Origin: Klebsormidium nitens
Lineage: Eukaryota; Plantae; Klebsormidiophyceae
Assembly (NCBI GenBank): GCA_000708835.1
Contig: DF237012.1
Location: 1 to 64,000 of the forward strand
Reading direction: 5' to 3'
DNA length: 64,000 nt
Positions 37,495 through 47,090 of the stretch are shown piece after piece. The notes beneath the pieces were generated by a model that had not been told where the DNA came from, made no database searches, and worked only from the letters and a program-made list of their open reading frames with translations. Each line of letters starts with the position of its first letter. Positions within the stretch are counted from its first letter, which is position 1. The position numbers and the translations under genes were made by a program.

Positions 37495-40400
37495 TCACAC
37501 CGCCTCCGGCCACCGCTTCCCGTGCCAGCCCTTCTGCCGCCGGACGCCGTCAAGGTACGTCAGCAGCAGCTGCGCCTTCTCCACATTCACCTGGACACGT
37601 GAGAAGAAGAAGATGGCAGCGATTCTCGCCCGCTTTCAGAAAACGGGACCCGTCTTAGAACACCTCGCATCCGTGCCCGTAGATGCTGCCTAGATCAGCG
37701 TTCCAGAACGGAAGCTTTTTGACATCATGCTGACTCTGTTTTCCATCCCGCTTTACTCTTATTCGTGAACCAGCATTCTCGGTCCCTAAGTCTGGACGGC
37801 TTGGTGATACTTCGAACAACCGATGATCTCCGCTGGGCAGGATTTCTGAACCGCTCAAACAAGTCGACGCTTCAAGGCGATTCTGTGCTGTCAAAGAAAG
37901 ACGTTTGGTTCCACGAATTGTCCAGACCTTTAACAAGCGGCGACAATGAACGTATCCAGAAAGGCATTGTGATGCCGAGTTAGCGGTGCCGGGTTAGAGA
38001 TGTCGGGATTGACAATGGAACACCCACAGGCGACGGCCCCTTCTCACTCTCCATCCCGGACAATCTGCAGCAGCCCATGCAGCAAATGGTTACCGTTACT
38101 AACGGACGAACTTTGGGTTAACCTTCCCTAACCCAGCATCTTTTCATACAAAAACACGCGACCACAAAACAGCGGTAAGGGCAACCCGCCGAGAAACTCG
38201 CCTGCTGTCCGTAGTGCGAGCCGTCAAAGCTGGTCGCCTCCACCGTCAGGTTGTACGTCTCAAAGACGGGCACCCGCGGCCGGCCCTGCGCGCGCGTGCG
38301 CGCCTCGAAGAAGCGCTGGAGCGCGTCGTTGAACCGTAGGGTCGCCTCGGTCCCCTGCGTTTGGAGGAACTGCGCGGGTTTATTGCGCCCGGGCGCATGG
38401 CGCGCGATCCATACGTGCTCGGCCTGTGGGGACGCCTCCAACAGGGGCAGGATCTGCGCGGGCGCGGGGAGGGTTTTGTCAGCAAGCCATGTGTGGAGAG
38501 AAGACCACGCATATCTTTTTGACAGAGCATGCGATGTTGGGGGACGTCTCCAAAAGGGGCAGCATCTGGGCGCGCGCGCGGAGGGAAGGGGTTGTCAGCA
38601 TGCCACGTGTGTCAGAGCGATAAAGAAGGCCACGCGTATCTTATTGACGGAAGAAAAGAAAGGCAGAAGCGAAGGCTCCAATAGGGCAGAACATGCGTTG
38701 TGGGGGGCCGCCTCCAACAGGGGCAGGATCTGCGCGCGCGCAAGGGGGGGGGGTGGTTGTCAGCATGCCACGTGTCTCAGAGCGGTAGAGAAGGCCACGC
38801 GTATCCTTTTGGGGGAAAAGCAGATATTAACCAGAAACGACGAATACCAAAAGGGCAGGATATGCAATGTGGGGGAGGGGGGAAAGGTGGGGGGCTGGCG
38901 TCAGCATGCCCGCGCCTTTCAGAGCGGCAAAATGCAACTCGTATCTTCTTCTTTTGGTTGATTAGCCGGACAACCAGCTAAACATGGAAATCAAGGCTTC
39001 AAAGATCGTACGAGGCTTGACGTCTGAAGACGCGAGCAGAGGAAACGAAAGAGAGAATCGAAGGAAAGATGGCAGGCAAAGGGAGAAAGGAGGCGAAGGG
39101 CCAGGGGTGGCCTCAAGCGCCGGGCGTGTATCTTCAAGCGCTTTCCAAAAAAGGTTTCTAGGTGGCTCTGCGCTAGCAAATTTGAGCAGCAAGAACGATG
39201 TTCTGGTATTGGCGAGCGTAGAGGGGCTAGGTCGCTCTCCACAACTTGCTGCCTTTGTCCAGGCCTAGGTCGCCCCCGGTGGTGCCAAAGCCCGGGGACC
39301 GGCATGAGTTGATCTTACGATTTGTGACGCGTCTTGGCACCAGGCAGGAGGGGAGAAGAAATCCAGCGCCACGTCGGTCGCGGGCTTAACCACTTGAGTT
39401 AAGCGTCAACCGGGGGCGTCACCCATTTCAGAAGAGTTGCAACTGACCAGTTTGTTCTGACCGGTGAGGCGAGACAAAAGGGGAGACGGATCCGAGCAGC
39501 GGGCGTAACAACTGCGGGTTTAAGCGTCAACCGGGGCCTCTTCCGTTTCAGGAATGGTTTAATCGCGGGGTAATCACGCGGGGTTAAGCGCCAACCCGGA
39601 GCCTCACCCGTCTGAGGTGAGTGTCGATCGTGAGCGTCGCGTTCAGGTCCATGTGCAGCCCCACGCCGTGCAACACGACGGTGCGCGGGTGGTCCAGCAA
39701 GTGCGCGCGCAGCCACTTGTCGTTCATGAACGTGGGGTGCCGCCTGGAGGAAAACGCGCGCGATTAGGTTAGAGATTGTGCGCGAGTACGTCAAACCCTG
39801 TGCGCGGGTGGTCCAGCAAGTGCGCGCGCAGCCCCTTGTCGTCCATGACCGTGGGGTGCCGCCTAGAAAAATGCGCGATTAGGTTAGAGACTGTGCGCAA
39901 GTGCGTCTTACTGTCAAATGGTCCAGCAAGTGCGCGCGCAGCCTTCTGTTCGTCAGGAACGTGGACAGAACAGTCAACGATTCCAGATTTAGTTTGGCGA
40001 AAGGCTCACAGATCATGTGGCAATCGCTCTTCTAAAGGAATAGAGTTTTGTCCAAAGGGGAGTGGTGCCGTCCGAAGGGAACGCGCCGATCAACAACCGT
40101 CCCAATCCGTACATGCGTGCTTGCAGGATGGCCTGGTTGACAGACTACTTAGCAACTAAAACATTCTAGTACCCAAAAGAAAGACAAATGGGCGGAGACT
40201 TTGTGGATAATGGCGCGAGAGCGTCGCGGACATTGCCAGCCCTCAATCAATCCTTTAAGAAGCTGCCACGCCGTGCCGGTGCTCACTAGTGCAGGAAGTC
40301 GAGCTGCGGCGGGCGGACCCCAGGACACATTCACCAAGCTTCAAAATTCGACGCCCATTTTGAGCCAGCCCTTCAATCTAAACGCCCCGTTATAGCCTTG

Positions 40401-42667
40401 ATAGATACAGAACTTCATGTAGTGACGCCGGTACTATTCTTAGGAAGTGGACCCTTGGTCATCGAAGAAACCGTAACCGGGTCTGTCCATCACAAAATGT
40501 ACACGCTTGCTGCCCCTCTGGGCTATACCAAAAATCAACCATCTCACCAATGGAGAAAGTCGAGCTGCGGCGGGCGGACTCCTGGGCACATGAAGTTGAG
40601 CCAGTGAACGTGCACCTCGGCCGAGAGCTCCGCCGTGCGCCCCGCGAAGTCGCGCGTGGAGTGCACCCAGAACGGCCGGCACGCGCGCTCGTCGAACTGC
40701 TGCTCGCCTTGGCAAAACTCCTGTGGGCATCGCCAAAGTTTCGTTGTGGACATGGCGAAATGGTACTTCCTAGAGTTGCTTTCAAAGAGTGAGCTTCTTG
40801 GCTGCCCATCCAGGAAATAGAGATCCGCAAACGACACGAGAATTCTTGAAGTTTGTCGTGACAATCCTAACTCCAATTCTGTCCGAAGTACAAACCCAAG
40901 AGGAGTTCCATCATTTTCCTGTCTTCGGATTAAAGAAAAGAGAAGTTTAGCCTCTAGTTTGAGAAGACGTTTGGACGACCAATTCGTGGACATTTGACTG
41001 GTGGGGTTAGCAGAAGGCCCGACACTAGTGGTGGATTAGATTGGTAGAAGGAGACAAGGCGTCAAGTTCTCCGGAGCGAGATCCCAAACAGACAAATCGA
41101 AGCTGGCGTGAAATCGGATGACGCTGCAAGCGCTCACTGCATGGATTCCAACTTCAGGTGCGACACTGGCCACCCCCGCTAGCTTCTTCCGTCGAGCAGC
41201 CTCTAGTCTTCACACCTCACCCGATGATATCAGGGAATTCCGGACCCTTATCTCCCTGGCTATAAACACCGCACGACCCTGGTAAAAGGTCTGTCAAGAT
41301 GCAAGGGTTGATGCACGTGATGACCTGGGCGTTCATCCCTTTCAAACCTGCTCTCAAACCACCTTTTAGAACACCCCGTTCGAAGGTCCATTTGAGGGTC
41401 CTCCCGGCGTTCATTGGGCCACTCATGGCCTCTGTCAACTAGGGCAAAACGTGCCAAAAGGGCCCCAAACGAATTGCCACCAAACCCCCAAAACCCCAAA
41501 ATCTCAAAATCCAAAACCCAAACATACCAAAACCCTCATGTCACAAGATGCTAACTTACTGTGATGTCGGGCTGGCCCTCAAACTCCCATTGCTTCAGCG
41601 CCCCGTTCACGAAGTTATCCCGCAGCACCATGAAGAAGCCCCCCGTCAGCTGCCGCTCGAACGAGTCCCCAATGATGAGCACCGAGTCGAACGTCGACAG
41701 GATCTCGCACGCCTCGCTGGCACTGTGGACCCGTAGATCCGCCTCGCAGGGGCGGTCCGCGAAAAAAGTGCCGTTCCAGACCCCCCGACGAGACCCGTGC
41801 CGCACCGCCTCGAGCCACTCCATGGGGGGGCACGCTGGCCCCGGAAACGTGTATTCCATCTGGGGCCATGGGTCCGCGGCAGCTCTTACATTGGTGACTG
41901 CAAGAATGGAGGGCATTGGGCTAAGGGCTTCGTTAACTTCATGTCAGACTTCAGACTAGCACCAGGCTTATCAATTACTGGAAAAGCCCCAGCCCCAGCC
42001 GGTTGCCATGGAGATGAGATCCCGTCAGGACGTGAGAGCTGGGCGTACAACATTTTGACCCGCCTTTGGAAGTCCGGGCCAAAAGAGACAAGTGCACATT
42101 GATCTGCCGGCATTCTGGTCTATGGAGTATTTGTCTATAGCTATTGGTGGCGCTGAACAGCACAAAAGACATGGGTGCCTCGAATCTGGGTGGTAGCTAG
42201 CCGCATCACCCAGAGCCGCCAGCAAATACTGAGGTTGACAGGCTCGCAAAACCGCCAAATCATACCCTTCCAGTCCTTTGTGTGCATCTTGCCAGCAGGA
42301 TTGAACTCTGTGGGCGCCAGCTGGCGGCCCCTTGTTGTCTCATTATGCTCGTGTCCAACTAGATTCAAGTGTGCAAGCCCAGCACTTGAGTCCATTTCCC
42401 TACTTCAAAGCCACCTCTCAGCTCCACAACTAAGCCCCACCGACTCTCACCGTCACTGGATGCTGCTTCCCGCTTTCCCCCTGCGGTTTCTGCCCCTGCA
42501 GCTTTCTGTGGCTCTGCCTCCGCGAGCCGCGGGCACTCGATGAGCGCTATTGTCGCCACCTGGCTCCCACGCATGAGCACATTTGCAAGGCAGAGTAAGA
42601 GGAAGGATAGCACGGCAAGCATGACCGTGACTAAGAGCTGGGCCGTCCGCCCCCGGCCGGCCACCAT
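37495..42667 (-). CDS. Type II membrane SGNH-fold protein with GDS and DxxH motifs; PC-esterase/TBL-like putative O-acyltransferase or esterase (about 398 aa)
   Basis: Exons 42451-42667, 41560-41882, 40548-40720, 39608-39743, 38202-38453 and 37495-37590 join in frame (1197 nt); the last intron is GC-AG. N-terminal hydrophobic segment LLVTVMLAVLSFLLLCLANVL. Motifs: VLIIGDSFERQL, TVVLHGVGLH, TSFDGSHYG|VNVEKAQLLL. An extra exon between exons 1 and 2 cannot be excluded. Confidence 0.8.
38420..38945 (-). repeat. Four copies of the branch point, acceptor and exon 5 start in SGNH intron 4
   Basis: GCTGAC...CAG|ATCCTGCCCCT units with acceptors at 38456, 38568, 38732 and 38864 (the last decayed to CAT). 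Confidence 0.85.
39399..39617 (-). repeat. Three copies of the SGNH exon 4 end and donor region
   Basis: Plus-strand TTAAGCGYCAACC(C/G)GG-led units at 39399, 39520 and 39584; the last overlaps the real donor CGG|GTGAGG. Confidence 0.75.
39660..39965 (-). repeat. Three copies of the SGNH exon 4 acceptor and exon start
   Basis: GGTCCAGCAAGTGCGCGCGCAGCC occurs three times. Acceptors are at 39746 (CAG, real) and 39865 (TAG, decoy). Confidence 0.88.
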
Positions 42668-43885
42668 GCCGCTTGCTGGGCCCCAGGCAACGCAAACCCC
42701 AAGTCTGGTTCAATGCACTAGAACCTAGCTAGTCTATCGCACCAGTCTTCTTGCAGAGGTTCTCGGTGCGGCGGAGTCTTTGTTGCGGCGAATCTCAGCT
42801 TCAGCGAGTCTAGCTGCGGTGAGGGTTACTGTGGTGAGTTTAGCTGCGGCAAGTGGAGTCAAGCCGTAGTCTCCGAGTCTGTGATCAACTCTGTCCCCTT
42901 TGCTGTAGCACACAAGCGTGATTGAGAGCAATGCTGCTTAGCTGAAGGTTGGCAGCCACAGATATTTGTCAGAAAAGCTTCCTGTGAAGCTGAAGAATTG
43001 CAAACATTCCAGTTGCACTGGAAAGCACACCTACTAGCAGCATCGACTCCAGAGCTGGCAGCTAAGGGTGAACGAATCTACCTATCCTAAGCGGCTTGCG
43101 ACATCCAGGTACTCTGGAGCTACGAGTTCTCTTCAGACTCTTTTTACCTGCTGGTATATCAATATATGTTTCAACCCTTGCTGTTCTTCTGGAAAAAATA
43201 GTATACCGGCTGTGCTTCTTTTCTCGCAGCTTTTGACCAGCTACCTAATGCTTCGGGCCCGCTTCGGGGTAGACCATCATCTTTGACTTCGTTTCCATCT
43301 CCAGACAGAGTCAGCTTCGAGTCTTGAAATTTCGGGATGCCCTTTCTGTATGGAACATGAGGGGCAGCTTGGAGGGGAATGCTGTCAATGCTAACGTGGT
43401 GGCTTGACTACTGTCCCCAGTGCATGTGGGCAGAAGTAGGTGATCCGAGGTTGTACCTTCGAGTAGGTACATAGGACAACGTCGGCAGGATGGATCAGTA
43501 CTTGCACTGTGCAGCGACCCCCCCGGGGCAAGTTTATATCAATGATTGCTGCGCTCGCCCAAACTTTTCCATGACACAAACCCGTAGATGTAGATTACGG
43601 ATGCAGCTGCGTGTCAAAATTGTCAATAATTATTCAACTGGTAAATACCGCTCGGTCGATTTGTACACGTAGGCACGCACAGCCCGGCCCCCGGGGATCG
43701 CCGCCGCCAAGTCTGTAGCCGCTTTAGTGCCGATACGGTACGTCCGAGTCACAGGCTGTGGAGCCGGATAGGAAGTACAAGTTGAAGGGATCCCTCCACT
43801 AGGTCCCCGCGTTGGAGGGAAAAGTTGCACTTCGGAGGTTTCTGGGTGAACGGAATAGCGGAACCACCGGACTCCTTTCGCGCCA

Positions 43886-43915
43886 CTTGTATATAGGGTT
43901 TTGCGACTAGGGTTT
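43886..43915 (-). promoter_or_regulatory. Two telo-box motifs (AAACCCTA) followed by a TATATA element
   Basis: TAGGGTTT at 43894-43901 and 43908-43915 on the plus strand; the minus strand reads AAACCCTAGTCGCAAAACCCTATATAC, pointing toward the SGNH gene. Confidence 0.4.
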
Positions 43916-46900
43916 GGCTGGGGTCAGGGCATTTCGGCTTTTGCTCATGGGAGGTTCAATGCAGCAGGAAGGATTGTATGCATCTTCTGAGCACCGCATC
44001 AGCATTGCCCTGCATGCCCCTCCTGATAGGATGTCTGAACAAATAGCAGCTGTCTTGATCGAGCATGCTCGAGGCCTGACGCAGCCGACCGCCAGCTTTG
44101 ACCGGCAGCGCCGCTAATCTAAGAAACTGTGAGCCGCACTTCAATCTTCCTTCAGAATAGGGGTGGCTTGGCCAAGAGAACGTTCGACAGATGAGGTGAA
44201 CGGGTTGCAGCTCGCCAAGCTGCCAGCAAACATGTGTTAAGAGCTTTGGCAGCGGTAAAGACTACTCCGTTCGTTCCGGTTCCTTGTGGTTCAACCGCTC
44301 TGTCCTCAGGGGATACCCCCTCAAAATCCTGCCGAATTCGGTTCGGTGCCGCAGGTCGCTAAGCTGCCATTGGATTTGTGCTGAAAGCTTTTGACAGCGG
44401 TCGGATTCTTGCGCTCCGCTTCTCGCTCGATGTTGACCGTTTCCGTCCGTGACTTGTATCGGAAACGCTCCGGAATCTGGTTTATCTCCGTCCGGTTTCA
44501 AATCTGTTTAAATGTGCGGGCTTGCATTATGCGGTGATGAGCCGTTGCTATGTTATGTAAGCGAGTCCTCCATTAAGCTTCTTGTCATTGTTACACAAAC
44601 TGAAAGGCCAGCGTAGCACCAAATCGCTACCACTGAATCCTCTTCATAGAATAGTATTCTGCGACCCAAAAGGGAGTCGAGCGGTGAGATTTGGGCGGCT
44701 GTTTCCGCTCCTTCCGTAGGTTTGACCGCTATATATTGAGACCTCGTTTATGATCTCACCCCGGAAACACGATTTTCCGCCCCAAAAAGAGAGCTTGGAG
44801 CCCGAATCTGTTAGAATAGGGGAGTACATTTCGCTCTATTTTCGAGTCTTATAAGCTTACATACTTCTGATGCAGGTTTCCTTGGTGGACGGCATGTACA
44901 TACCCACTCGTTACCCGAACGATTGTCCACGTGGCAAGATCCCAAGCGACGTCTTTTCCGCGCAGCAAGTCAACAAGGCACACGCAGCTGCTACTTCAAT
45001 ACTGGAGGGCTGTCGAGCTCCGTATGAGAAAGCGCGCTTGTAAAGTTGATTGTTTTACCCGTGCTTTCAGTCAGCCTGCGCTTATGCGGCTATCCACGAT
45101 CAGCTAAGACCAAGAGATCACTTTCACACGACTCGATAGCAGCTAATGCAAATTTCAGGCCCAGATCTGATAATGGTTGCGTTTGGACGCCTCCAAGATA
45201 CGAAGCCGCAAAATAGTAGTTGTCAAATAGTTGTTAGTTCGTCTCTAGCTGGCGACTCGTCTGCAAAGCGAGTCAGACTGGGCGCGGGGCAGATTGCAAG
45301 TAAGTGCACAGAACTTACGTACCGCTGTCGATCAGTGTCGTGAAGCTTGACATGCATTTATCGGCAACCTTGCTTGGAATTTGATGTACGGGCACAAATG
45401 TATGTGAATGCACCTTACTATAATCAACATGAAGCACAATGGTCCATATTAGGTGTGAGTCAGCGACCCAGACGCTTACGAGTCGATACATGTCACTGAG
45501 TGCGTTGATAGTTAATGGAATGTTGCAGTTCACATGTCTCAGGGTCACGGAACCTGTCAACGATTAACTTTCAATGAGGATAGAATTAACCTTGATATAG
45601 TACCTCATGAGATAAGGAGTCCGATCGCCAACATGGAACATGCAGTGTTCTAAAATTCTCAACCATGCACTGAGATTCAAAAAGCCTCATTCGGATTCGA
45701 GGAAATGAGCGAGTGGCTCACATTGGAAACACCATGACATGCCCGCCCCCGGTATCTACTCAGCATGATGGACTATACACACGATCCGGATGTTATGGAA
45801 GTGTTCTCAGGAGATCATTGAAGAGTTGTGCACTGAACATGACATGCAGAACTTAAGCTTTATGGACCAACTTGGAGAGGAGCACTGATACCCCACCGCC
45901 ACGTCGTGCAACTTCGCTTAGTCGATCGGTCGAATAGGCAATCCCGGCCCAATCCAACAAGTGATCCGTCACTTCAGTCGGGGGTTTCTCTACACTTTTT
46001 CGTTTCTTCGATTTGTTTAAGCTGGCTTGTTCCTATTTTTCTTTTCTTGGGCCCACGCGTTGGCACACAAGAGCCAGGAGCAGAAGACTACAAGCACGGT
46101 AAGTCTGCAATCTTCGGTTGACCGTACCTTTGACTACACTATGACTAGCGTCGTTATGAGGTGGTGCGCAGAAGGTGGTTTTGCGCTCAGTTTGGTAAGC
46201 GTGGTTTCCACTCATTGTTTGTGCTCTCGCCATCCACGTCTTTCACCCCCACCCTTAGCATGTCAGTGTTTGCATATCTGCTGAGAAGCGCATCTGCCTC
46301 TTAGGGCTACAGCCCCAAGCTCTTTCCCTCCTCTTGTTCTTGTGGACGGGCCTCGTTCGACAGGAGCGTGGTTTTCTATGTTGTATCATTGCATGTTGAC
46401 CAGCTCGGTTGCTCAAGTTTCAGCATAAGCCCAAGCCCAAGCCGTCTGTAGCTTGCAATCTAATGTTTGGGAATGCAAACCGCCGGTTCCTTTTTCCCCT
46501 TATGAGAAAAGATCCCCAAAGCTTTGAAGTACGGGGCAGGGGTCTTTTAATGGCCCGGCGTCCTGCATTTCCATCCTAGATGCGGTCATTATGCTGCACA
46601 AGCCATGCCAGATACTCCAATCTACCAAGTTCTACCTACCCAAACCGGCGCTACAGTCCTCCAGGAAGAACAAGAAGTTCAGGTGCTGGTATTCCCCAAG
46701 TACATTGCTGAGCAGCTTTTGCAGTGTTAGGAGAACATGTAGTGTCGGTATGGTGTACTACGAACGTTGGTAGGTGGGGTACACATGCATTAGCACTTGA
46801 AGAAGAAGCAAACGAAACACACACCACATATGTATGCCATGAGAAGCCTATGGCCTATTTGGCTACGGCGAGAACGAAAAGAGACCATCCGTCACGGTGG

Positions 46901-47090
46901 CGGGCCATGATCGTAAGTCAGGCTCGCATGGCAAGCTCTCAACGGCGTGCCAGCAGCTAGTACACAAGCACAGGCTCTTCAGATGCCTTGGTCCTATGCG
47001 ACGATATTACTAGGTTGATATGACACAATCTTTCTCATTTGCTTGAAATAGAGATGTTTGGTAGGGTAACATGATACGGTCTCTATACAT

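Noticed and set aside
41480-41540. C/A-rich tract resembling telomeric repeats
   Set aside because: Irregular CCAAAA-type low-complexity intron sequence, not an ordered TTTAGGG array.
43391-43579. HPADVVLCTYSK resembling the sulfotransferase P-loop lead-in
   Set aside because: No downstream exon supplying SGTTW or other sulfotransferase motifs.
45900-46760. Possible small spliced plus-strand transcript (donor CACG|GTAAGT near 46099, acceptors near 46305 and 46579)
   Set aside because: No consistent reading frame or domain could be built; it may be a non-coding transcript but cannot be supported from sequence alone.
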